64,000 nucleotides of DNA. Origin: Macrostomum lignano (taxonomy: Eukaryota). Positions 29,298 through 40,099 of this stretch are shown here, one piece after another (position 1 is the first letter of the stretch; every line of letters starts with the position of its first letter). Under the pieces are notes generated by a model that worked only from the letters and a program-made list of their open reading frames with translations, was not told where the DNA came from and did no database searches. The stretch covers positions 62,001 to 126,000 of the forward strand of contig NIVC01001746.1 of NCBI GenBank assembly GCA_002269645.1. Direction: 5' to 3'. The translations under genes and the position numbers were made by a program.

Positions 29298-30624
29298 CAA
29301 GCTGTTGAAACCCGCGGATTTTGAACCCGGGGAATTTCAATCCCCGGAACTACTTTTGCATGTATTCTGAAATCTAAGGTCATACACAAACAAAAACTTG
29401 TTAATAGTTAGTAGGATAGAGGTAGACATAAAGTGGACACATTCGTGTAAAATTAGGATTTGAGGCAAACATTGATATTGTTGGCTGGGGTACTGCACAG
29501 AATGTCAGGCAATGTCTGTCTGACTCTAAAACATGTATTGGCAAACTCTGGCCTCTCTGGCCCCTATGTCCCTTGGATCCTTTAAAATTTCTATCGTCTC
29601 TTCTGTTTCCTCTCTTCTCTCTCGTCCCTCGTCTCTCCTCTCTCTTCTCTCCTCTCTCCTCTCTTCTCTCATATCTTCCCTCATCTCTCTTCTCTTTCAT
29701 CTCTCTTATCTCTTGTCTCTTCTCTCTTCTCTCCTGTCTCCTCTTTCGTTTTCTCTTTCCTCTCCTCTCTCCTCTCTACTCTTTCGTTTTCTCTTTCCTC
29801 TCCTCTCTCCTATCTTCTTTCGTATCTTCCCTCATCTCTCTTCTCTTTCATATCTCTTATCTCATCTCTTCCCTTTTCTTTTCTCTCTCCTCTCTCCTCT
29901 CTACTTTTTCGTTTTCTCTCTTCTCTCTCTCCTCTCTCATCCCTCCTCTCTCATCCCTCTTCTCTCGTCTCTTCCTTCTCCTCTCTATTCTTTTCTCTCT
30001 TCTCTTAACTCTCTCCTCTTTCCTCTCTCTCTCCTCTCTCCCCTCTTCTCTCGTCTCTTCTCTCACCTCTTTCCTCTCTCTCTTTCCTCTCATCTCTTTT
30101 CTTGTTTTATCTCTTCTCTCTCCCCTCGTCACTCGTCTCTTCCCTCACCTCTCTTCTCTCTTGTCTGCGTTTTTATCTCTCCTTTCTCTCCTTTTATCTT
30201 TTCTCTCTTATCTCTTCTCGTTTCTCTCTGCTCTGCGCTCTCTCTCTCTCTCTTCTCTCCTCTCTCCTCTCTTCTCTTGTATCTTCCCTCATCTCTCTTC
30301 TATTTCATCTCTCTTCCCTATTCTTTTCTCTCTCCTCTCCTCTCTCCTTTCTACTTTTCGTTTTCTCTCTGCTCTTCTCTCTCCTCTCTTCTCTTTCGTT
30401 TTCTCCCTCCTCTCCTCTCTCCTCTCTCCCCCTCTTCTCTCGTCTCTTCCCTCACATCTTTCCTCTCTCTCTTTCCACTCATCTCTTTTCTTGTTTTATA
30501 TCTTCTCTCTCCCCTCGTCGCCCGTCTCTTCCCTCACCTCTCTTCTCTCTCGTCTGCTCTTTCATCTCTCCTTTCTCTTCTTTTATCTTTTCTCTCTTAT
30601 CTCTTCTCGTTTCTATCTGCTCTG

Positions 30625-30705
<81 letters not shown>

Positions 30706-32887
30706 CTCTTCATTCTCCTATTTCCTCTTCTCTCTCCCTGTCTCTCCTCTCTCCTCTAGTCTCTGTAATCTCTTCTCTCCCATCTTTCTTCTCCTCTCTA
30801 CTCTCTCCCCTCCATTCTCCTCTTTTCTCTCCTCTCGCCTCACTCACTTCTCTCTCCCTTTGTCTCTCCTCTCGTCTCTGTAATCTCTTCTCTCTTATCT
30901 CTCCTCTGTTCTCTCTACTCTCCCATCTCTCGTCTGTTCATTTTCGTCTCTGCTCTCAGCTCATCCCCCCTCTTTCATCTGTCATCTTTACTGTCTTAAT
31001 GTTCTCTCATTTTGTCCTCTGTACTCTTTTCTTTCACCTCTTTTGTCTCCTCACTTTCCTTTCTCCTTTCTTCTCTTCTCTTCTCTTCCCTCTTCTATAT
31101 ACTCTCTCCATCTCTTGTCTCGTCTCTTCTCTCTCCACTCTCCTCCTTTATCTCTCATCTCTCATTTCTCATCTCTCCTTACACCTCTCTCATCTGTACA
31201 ACTTTATCTCTTCTCTCTTCCATTCTCTCTCTTATCTCTCCTTTCTCCTCTTTACTAACTCCTCTCTACTCGCTCCTCTACACTCTCCTCTCCACTCGCT
31301 ACTCTACTGTCTACTCTCTCCTATCTACTCTACTGTCTACTCTCTCCTATCTACTCGCTCCTCTACTCTCTCCTCTCTACTCGCCCCTCTACTCGCTCTT
31401 CTACTCTCTCCTCTCTACTCTTTCCTCTCCACTCGCTACTCTACTCTCTACTCTCTCCTCTCTACTCGCTCCTCTCTACTCTTTCCTCTCTACTCGCTCC
31501 TCTACTCTCTCCTCTCTACTCGCTCCTCTACTCTCTCCTCTCTACTCTCCCCTCTCATCGTCCTCACTCCCTCATCTCTCCTATTATCTTTTATCTTTTC
31601 TCTCATTCCCTCTCTCACCTCTCCTCTCTTTTCGAATAGTCTATTCCTTCTTCTCCCCACTCTCAACTGCCCCTCAGCCATAAGCTGGATTCTTTTCTGG
31701 ACTTAGAGGTAAAAGTCTGCCCATTCCTGCTTGAAGAGCCAGTTTGTGGGACGTAGTACTCTCATGGCTGTTCTCATGCTTTGATCATGTCATCTTTCTT
31801 GCCAATTTGCAAGCCCTGAAAATAATTTTTGTATCTTCAGCTCCACTGCAGTCTGCATCAGTCTAACAACCAAGGAAATACGCATTTCTTAGGAGGCCAT
31901 TTAAAATTTACACAGTACCTTTAAAAGAAACCTAAAATTTCCATGGTGTGCCTAATTTAGTAGGGTTATATTGCATTGCATCGCATCGCCTTTTCATAAA
32001 TCTTTCGCTTTTACAAACCATGCTGGATTCCCTCGATTTGCCAATTGCCATCCAGTGTTAAACTGCTGCAGAGTTTGCCAATACAGAGAGGGTGGTTAGA
32101 ATTTCTCACTAAACTGTTATGGCTAAACGTAGCCTCTCCACTCTCGGGGTGCAGAAAAGGTTATAAATAAAGTTATTCCAAAAAACTGTACATTTGCTAT
32201 GTACATTCAGTCCTATCGCCTGACCCTTCGTCTGGCTCTGGGGGAATGAGTGAGTGAGTGGCACAAACAACAGAAAAAGCAGACAAACTTCACATGCTTA
32301 CAGTTTCTTTTTCTGTTGAGTTACAGAGTTGAAACTTTAGATTTCGACAGAGAATGGGTCAATGAAGAATTGTGTCAAGTTTGAAGTCAATCGCTTTACG
32401 TGGAGCAAACTTATGGCAGCTGAAAGTTAGTCAATTTTGAAACCCTTTTACACATCTGGGCCCAGATCGGGAAAGAGAGGCAGGCGGGCGGAGGTTGGGG
32501 TGGTTGCTACGCTGAAAAAAACAGCCTAACTTTAAAAGTGCACAGCACCGCTCAGGATTAACTTTGAGATTTGAAATTTTACACGATTGTGTCAAAATAG
32601 TTGAAAATTGCCTGTGTCAAATTTGAAGAGAATCGGTAGAATTGGAGCGGCGCTATGGAGGATTTAGTGAAAAAATTGCGCATTTTGAGCAGTTTTTTGC
32701 ACTTTTAGGTAGGAAGACTCAAATTTAGGAAATTAAAAGGTAGCCTAAGACATTCTCCGTAGTAAGTTTAGGGTGGGTGTAAAGTTTGGTGTAATTTGGT
32801 TGAGCGGTTTGGGAGTCCATAGCGATCAAAATTGTCCACACACAGACACACACACACACACAGAGTTTTGATTTGTATATGTAGAGA
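29298..32887 (-). mobile_element. Non-autonomous Helitron (Lep1-like architecture), copy 1, with an expanded internal CT tract
   Basis: On the minus strand: 5' TCTCTAC..., a (GT)n/(CTGT)n tract near the 5' end, a GC hairpin CCCGGGTTCAAAATCCGCGGG ~13 nt before the terminal CTTG, then T. No TSD. It shares ~1.5 kb of non-repetitive sequence with copies 2 and 3. Confidence 0.8.
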
Positions 32888-33512
32888 CAAGCTGTTGAAA
32901 CCCGCGGATTTTGAACCCGGGGAATTCCAATACCCGGAACTACTTTTGCATGTATTCTGAAATCTAAGGCCATACACAAACAAAAACTTGTTAATAGTTA
33001 TTAGGATAGAGGTAGACATAAAATGGAGCACATTCGTGTAAAATTAGGGTTTGAGACATTGTTGGCTGGGGTACTGCGCAGAATGTCAGGCAATGTCTGT
33101 CTGACTCTAAAACATATATTGCTAAACTCTGGTCTCTCCCTGACTCTCCCTACGTCCCTTGGATCCTTTAAAATTTCTATCGTCTCTTTGTTTCCTCTCA
33201 TCTATCTCATCCCTCGTCTCTCCTATCTCCTCTCTCCCCTCTTCTCTCGTATCTTCCCTCATCTCTCTTCTCTTTCATCTCTCTTATCTCATCTCTTGTC
33301 TCTTCGTTTCTCTCTCCTCTACTTTCTCCTCTCTACTTTTTCGTTTTCTCTCTCCTCTCCTCTCTCCTCTCTCCCCCTCTCCTCTACTCTCTCATCTCTC
33401 CCCTCTTCTCTCGTCTCTTCCCTCACCTCTTTTCTCTCTCGTCTTTGCTCTCTCATCATTCCTTTCTCTTCTTTATCTTTTATCTCTTATCTCTTCTTAT
33501 TTCTCTCTGCTC

Positions 33513-33600
<88 letters not shown>

Positions 33601-35500
33601 GTCTTTCTCTCTTATCTCTCCTTCTCTCTCTACTCTCTCCCCTCTCCATTCTCCTCTTTCCTCTCCCCTCTCCTCACTCACTTCTCTACCTTTGTCTCTC
33701 CTCTCTTCTCTCGTCTCTGTAACCTCTCCTCTGTTCTCTCTACTCTCCCATCTTTTATCTGTTCACTCTCGTCTCTGCTCTCTCATCCCCCTCTTTAATC
33801 TGGCATCTCTGTCTTATATGTTCTCTAACCTCTCTCCTCTGTACTCTTTTCTTTCCCCTCTTTTGACTCCTTACTTTCCTTTCTCCTTTCTTCTTTTCTC
33901 TTTTCTTCCCTTTTCTATACTCTGTCTCCCTCTCTTCTCTCACTCCACTCTCCTCTCTCCGTTATCTCTTATCTCTCCTTCCACCTCTCTCATCTCTAGA
34001 ACCTTAGAGATGTAGAGATGTATCTTTATCTCTTCTCTCTTCCCTTTACTCTCTCATCTCTTCTTTCACCTATTTCCTCTCTGCTCTCCTCTCTGCTCTC
34101 TCCTCTCATCTGCCTGCAGCTCTCTGCTCTCTCATCTCTACTCTCTCCTCTCGCTTTTCCTCTCTCCCCTCTTCTCCCCTCTCTCTCATCGTCCTCACCC
34201 CCTCATCTCTCCTATTATCTTTTATCTTTTCTTTTATCCCCTCTGTCGCCTCTCCTCTCTTCGAATCGTCTATTCCTTCTTCTTTCCACTTTCATCTGCC
34301 CTCAGCTATGAGCTGGAATCTTTATCTGGCCTTTGAAGTAAAAGTCTGCCCATCCCTGCTTGGAAAGCCAGCTTGTGGGACGTAGTACTCTCATGGTTGT
34401 TCTCATGCTTTGATCACGTCATCTTTCTTGCCAATTTGCAGCCCTGAAAGGAATTTGTGTATCTTCAGCTCCACTGCAGTCTGCATCAGTCTAACAACCA
34501 AGGAAATACGCATTTCTTAGGAGGCCATTTAATATTTACACAGTACCTTTAAAAGAAAACCTAAAATTTCCATGGTGTGCCTAGGGTTGTATTGCATTGC
34601 ATCGCATCGCCTTTTCATAAATATTTCGCTTTTACAAACCATGCTGGATAGTGGATTCCCTCGATTTGCCAATTGCCATCCAGTGTTAAACTGCTGCAGA
34701 GTTTGCCAATACAGAGGGAAGGGCAGTGGTTAAAATTTCTCACTAAACTGTTATGGCTAAACGTAGCCTCTCCACTCTCGGGGTGGAATTCCAAAACACT
34801 GTACATTTGCTATGTACATTCAGTCCTATCGCCTGACCCTTCGTCTGGCTCTGGGGCAATGAGTGAGTGAGTGGCACAAACAACAGAAAAAGCAGACAAA
34901 CTTCACATGCTTACAGTTTCTTTTTTGGTTGAGTTACAGAGTTGAAACTTTACATTTAGATAGAGAATGGGTCAATAAAGAATTGTGTCAAGTTTGAAGT
35001 CAATCGCTTTACGTGGAGCAAACTTATGGCAGCTGAAAGTTAGTCAATTTTGAAACCCTTTTACACATCTGGGCCCAGATCGGTATCGGGAAAGAGAGGC
35101 AGGCGGGCGGAGGTTGGGGTGGTTGCTACGCTGAAAAAAACAGCCAAACTTTAAAAGTGCACACCGCCGTTCAGGATTAACTTTCAGACTCGAAATTTTA
35201 CATGATTGTGCCAAAATAGTTGAAAATTGTCTGTGTCAAATTTGAAGAGAATCGGTAGAAGTGGAGCGGCGCTATGGAGGATTTAGTGAAAAAATTGCGC
35301 ATTTTGAGCAGTTTTTTGCACTTTTAGGTAGGAAGACTCAAATTTAGGAAATTAAAAGGTAGCCTAAGACATTCTCCGTAGTGAGTTTAGGGTGGGTGTA
35401 AAATTTGGTGTCATTTAGTTGAGCGGTTTGGGAGTCCATAGCGATCAAAATTGTCCACACACAGACAGACAGACAGAGTTTTGATTTTTATAGGTAGAGA
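32888..35500 (-). mobile_element. Non-autonomous Helitron copy 2, head-to-tail with copy 1
   Basis: Junction gtagaga|caagctg with no intervening base. The dimer sits between A (29297) and T (35501), i.e. A|TC...CTTG|T on the minus strand. Confidence 0.8.
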
Positions 35501-35779
35501 TATGTCGGCCCAGGACATTAGAAAACCGCCAGTGACTTATAATTTACTATCCAGCTCGAAAAGTTTTTGCTCAAAGATTTTGTGCGAGCAACAACTTAAC
35601 TAGTGCAAGCTAGGTGCTGAAACACACAGGCAGTTAAGCAAGTCCGATACGAGGCCGTAAGAGATTACCAATGCTCAACACATCGTGTCTCTTAATAATC
35701 TACCAGAATTGTAACGCAGTCGCAGCCAATTAAACAACAAATAAATGAAGGGCAATGGCCTGCTGACAAAGTTCTGGTT
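35500..35779 (-). ncRNA. SNORA74: Long H/ACA snoRNA, U19/SNORA74/snR191-like, copy 1
   Basis: 5' hairpin CCAG..UUGUCAGCAG...CUGCGUUACAAUUCUGG is followed by H box AGAUUA 14 nt from the pocket. Pocket GUCA/GUUAC is complementary to 28S GUAAC-(Psi)A-UGAC. The 3' domain is closed by CGGCC/GGCCG followed by ACA. It resembles human U19 as recalled (CCAG..UUGUCAGC...GUUACA..UGG.AGA). Confidence 0.65.
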
Positions 35780-35924
35780 ATAAATCTTTGCAAGGTTATA
35801 AATTTACTAATTATAATTTGTTTTCATAGTCTTTGATTGTTTGATCTTTTGGTAGACAGACGATAAAGTTACTTTGTTAAAATAAGTATACTGTATTATA
35901 TTGTATCTTAATGCATTATATTAT

Positions 35925-36745
35925 AACTAAATACACCGTTATCTTAACTAAATACACCGTTATCTTAAATAAATGCACCGTTATCATAACTAAATGCACC
36001 GTTATCTTAACTAAATGCACCGTTATCTTAACTAAATGCACCGTTATCTTAACTAAATGACTCATTATCTTAACTAAATGAATCGTTATCTTAACTAAAT
36101 GCACCGTTATCTTAACTAAATGCACCGTTATCTTAACTAAATGACTCATTATCTTAACTAAATGAATCGTTATCCTAACTAAATGAACCATAGCTTAACT
36201 AAATACACCGTTATCTTAACTAAATGAACCATAGCTTAACTAAATACACCGTTATCTTAACTAAATGAACCATAGCTTAACTAAATACACCGTTATCTTA
36301 ACTAAATGAACCATTATCTTAACTAAATGAACCATAGCTTAACTAAATACACCGTTATCTTAACTAAATGAATCATAGCTTAACTAAATACACCGTTATC
36401 TTAACTAAATGAACCATAGCTTAACTAAATACACCGTTATCTTAACTAAATGAACCATAGCTTAACTAAATACACCGTTATCTTAACTAAATGAATCATA
36501 GCTTAACTAAATACACCGTTATCTTAACTAAATGAACCATAGCTTAACTAAATACACCGTTATCTTAACTGAATGAACCATAGCTTAACTAAATACACCG
36601 TTATCTTAACTAAATGAACCATATCTTAACTAAATACACCGTTATCTTAACTAAATGAACCATAGCTTAACTAAATACACCGTTATCTTAACTGAATGAA
36701 CCATAGTTAAGTAAATACACCGTTATCTTAACTAAATGAGCCATA
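35925..36745. repeat. Minisatellite of 21-bp and 20-bp units forming a 41-bp dimer (taactaaatacaccgttatct / taactaaatgaaccatagct)
   Basis: Direct inspection. Confidence 0.93.
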
Positions 36746-37298
36746 GCACCAAATCTTAAATAAAAGCATTCTATCCTAACGAACTGCACCATATCTAAAC
36801 TACACACAGGTTTGCACAAATGAATAGCATTTACTGACGTCAAAGTACGCCTATAGGCTAGTAAACAAAACCTAGATACGCCCAACCCTAGAACTCCTGA
36901 GCACTGTATAGAGAACAGTAACCTGCTAGTTAATAGCTAGTTTGATCCAGTTTAAATTGTTCCAAACTACTCAAAGACACCCTCCACGCCGAGGCATTAA
37001 AAACGAGTGTTCTGAGATCAACTATTAGAACAGAACAATTAACCTGAAGCAATCGCGTGATGTATTCAGCCAGCCCAAGCGCATTTTCTCTATCCATTTA
37101 TCGTGGCATATTATACAAGGGCTTTTTACAGCTTAATAGGCGGGTTATATGCGCTAGGCATGGTTAGACAAGGAGAAAGAATTCAATTCAATTAAACAAG
37201 TGTAGCTTCATAAGCAAAAGAGATTTCTTGTCCAAATTTGAGTTTCTAACTAACTACAAATAAAAACCCAAAACCCAATCGATCATCTAATTGTACTT

Positions 37299-37552
37299 AT
37301 CTGTCGGCCCTGTTGTTTACCAAGCAGCAGGCTTATCCAGTGAACTATAAAAGTTCGATGAGCACTAATAAAACTTCTGCAAAATAGAGAGCGCAGACTG
37401 TTGACGTGCTCGCACTGGCATCCAATTAACTGCTCAAGGCCGTGAAAAATTGTTTTTTTTCAATCTACCAGAATTGTAACGCAGACGCAGCCATGAAGCG
37501 TATTGAAAAAATAAAATCATACAAGGCAATGGTCTGCTGACAAATCCTGGGT
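37299..37552 (-). ncRNA. SNORA74: Long H/ACA snoRNA, U19/SNORA74-like, copy 2
   Basis: The 5' hairpin is homologous to copy 1 with the same pocket. A G-U wobble in the stem works only on the minus strand. The H box is non-canonical (AGAUUG, followed by an A-run). It shares CGGCC...CACUGG...GGGCCG-ACA with copy 1. Confidence 0.6.
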
Positions 37553-37890
37553 AATTTGTTGATAACAAATAATTTAGCCGCGCTCAAATGAATCAAGTCT
37601 AAGAGCTTTAAAATAGATATTTTATAATCTCGCTTTTCTCAAGTATGCAAGCAAATCAAACGTATAATTAGTTTAGTAAACATTTTAATAAACATTGTAC
37701 TAATTAACGATGAGCGAAGAAATTAGAATATGAAAGGCAATGTTATACAGAAAAGTGAAGCAAATTAAACAAAAATAAGAAAAAAAATCTTCGACTATCA
37801 AACTAGTAGTATCCGATGAGCATGAAATTTAGGAAAAACTTGCTGATTTCTATGCACAAGATAAAGACAGTAGGTCAGACACACCTGAAA

Positions 37891-38379
37891 TCAACTAGCA
37901 TCCGGCTTCTTGGCGGGCTGGAACTCCAACGCCAGACTATTAATACAATAACGCTCCCCAGTTGGCGGCGGCCCATCCGGGAACACGTGACCAAGATGGG
38001 CGTCACAATTGGCGCACAACACCTCGACGCGCTGCATACCGTGACTTGAGTCGGCCTTGCGCTTTACCGAACTATCGCGACAGTCAAAGAACGCCGGCCA
38101 ACCGCAGGCGGACGAAAACTTTGCGTCGGACGAGAACAGCGCTTCGTTGCAGCAGGCGCACAGGTAGACACCCGGAGCAAAGAAGTCAGTGTACAGGCCG
38201 CTATAAGGTGGCTCCGTATCGCCGCAACGGGTCACAAGGTAAACGTCTAAAGGTAGCAGCGCTTTCCATTCGGCATTTGTGCGCTGTCCTAACTTCTTGT
38301 CGTTGGTTTTGTCTGAACTATTGCCGCTACTACTACTACAATTGGCGTTGTTATTAGTATTATTCTTGATTAAAGCCAT
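37891..38379 (-). CDS. msrB: Peptide-methionine (R)-S-oxide reductase MsrB, Cys-type, Zn-binding, intronless CDS
   Basis: CACC...LFSSDAKFSSACGWPAF...RVEVLCANCDAHLGHVFPDGPPPTGERYCINS. First ATG at 38379. Confidence 0.95.
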   Translation of the reverse strand: MALIKNNTNNNANCSSSSGNSSDKTNDKKLGQRTNAEWKALLPLDVYLVTRCGDTEPPYSGLYTDFFAPGVYLCACCNEALFSSDAKFSSACGWPAFFDCRDSSVKRKADSSHGMQRVEVLCANCDAHLGHVFPDGPPPTGERYCINSLALEFQPAKKPDAS

Positions 38380-38593
38380 CACACAGAGGGTGCGCTTGTC
38401 TAAACTTCTATAGTTGCAAGAAGTGGACCTAGCAAAGTGGCCATTGCGGCGATTGGCAAATGCTGCCAGAGCGACCGCGACCTTCGAGAATGTCGAAGAG
38501 CGATTTAGTTGCTGCAATAAATTAACACAATTTGTTTATCGATGATAGCACCATTATCATACTAAATTAATAATTGATAACTACGCCTAAAAA

Positions 38594-38745
38594 CAATGTT
38601 GTGGATGCATGAAACCGATTAACTCACTTTGAAGAGATAAATCGGTGATTAAATTCCACAATGGTTAGTTAATCTGCCTCCTGCTGATTGAGGCTGCCAG
38701 GGATTACACAAAAAAGTTCCTTTGGCGTCTCTGCCCAGCAGGAGG
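38594..38745 (-). ncRNA. H/ACA snoRNA (family A), copy 1; predicted 28S pseudouridylation guide
   Basis: Hairpin CCUCCUGCUG/CAGCAGGAGG, H box AGAUUA, second hairpin UGUGGA..ACCGAUU/AAUCGGU..UCCACA, then ACA+3 nt. Both pockets lie 14 nt from their boxes. Confidence 0.8.
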
Positions 38746-39075
38746 AAAATTTTAAAGATAACCAGCAATAATTGTTTTCGCTTTAGTTTTTTAGCAAAGG
38801 TGTGCGTTATATCTCTTTTCCTTGCTAAGATGGGAAGACGTTGAGAATTCTCATTTAGCAGCAGTATAGATTTGGTCTTGCCCATAGACAAAGGAAACCA
38901 AGTTGATAATTCGGCCATAGACATCTGCACGAAGGATAACTCGCGCCTTGCAGCGATCTCTCTCTAACTTGCTTGGCTTAACTATCAGCCAGTTTTGGCC
39001 ATAGACAGCTGGCTGCATAAACTACGAGTACTTCTCGTGCTGCATTCTCTACCGCATATATTTAGTGAGCGATAA

Positions 39076-39236
39076 CACTGTTGCGGAAGCATGAAACCGA
39101 TTAACTCACGATAATTAACAGAAGATAAATCGGTGATTAAATTCCGCGATTAAAGTTAGGTTAATCTGCCTCCTGCTGATTGAGGCTGCCAGGAATTACA
39201 GAAAGTTCATTTTGGCGTCTCTGCCCAGCAGGAGGC
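39076..39236 (-). ncRNA. H/ACA snoRNA (family A), copy 2
   Basis: Same architecture; compensatory stem change (GCGGA/UCCGC versus GUGGA/UCCAC). Confidence 0.8.
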
Positions 39237-39453
39237 GGCTGGCTGGTTTTTATGCCGATTGACTAGTCTTTGTAAAAGTCTCAAACTAACTACAGATTAT
39301 AATATTGATGGGCAACATCAATATATTTTTTTCTATTTTTTTGACAGTACAGTGGGTTGGCTAAATGGACTATAGTTCACCTGAGAGAGCGCTTAAAGAG
39401 CTTTACTTAAGAATGTCTCGTGAACTTGTTTTTAATTTTTAAAAAAAAAACTA

Positions 39454-39608
39454 GGATGTTGTGGAAGCATGAAACCGATTAACTCACGACAACTAACAAA
39501 AGATAAATCGGTGATTAAATTCCACATTAAAGTTAATCTGCCTCCTGCTGATTGAGACTGCCAGGAACTACAGAAAATCCATTTTGGCGTCTCTGCCCAG
39601 CAGGAGGC
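39454..39608 (-). ncRNA. H/ACA snoRNA (family A), copy 3
   Basis: Same architecture; boxes and pockets conserved, apical loops variable. Confidence 0.8.
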
Positions 39609-40099
39609 AAAGTTAAGCCTATTAAAAACAATTCTTATTGTTTAGCGCTGTGCCGAATAAACTGACTAACTAACTAAATAACTAACTGGCTGACTAAGTG
39701 ACTAACTAACTGACTAACTAACCAACAAACTTACTAAGCTTACTAAGCAGTTAAAATTGAAAAATAAAATCAGTGCAAGACAACACACGCGCGACTATAC
39801 TTTTTCAATCCACAAAGAACTTTTTGACCACAAAAGTCGGCAATCCAACGCTTAATCTTTTTTATTGTTGTTATGTGATCATTTCCTTCTTAAGCAACAT
39901 TTTACTCAGGCATCAATCAATCAGCCAGAGTGCCACAGCGGACCCGCCCCCCCCCCGGGCTGCAGTGTGAGCTGGCGCACAGGCCCGCGGCACCCAAAAA
40001 CAGACACTAGAAGACAGCAACGATACCAGTTTTTAGTAACAGTTCCGACCCAGAGCTAACAAATCCATCAGTTTGGCGTGGAATTCCTGGCTTCTAGAG

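Noticed and set aside
29533-34311. Long hydrophobic Leu/Ser/Phe ORFs resembling membrane proteins
   Set aside because: Products of CT-rich tracts inside the Helitrons; the same applies to 43355-44456.
38597-38662. SECIS-like ATGA...GA hairpin next to MsrB (a selenoprotein family)
   Set aside because: It is on the opposite strand and upstream of MsrB, and this MsrB has Cys with no in-frame TGA. The minus-strand reading gives a complete H/ACA snoRNA.
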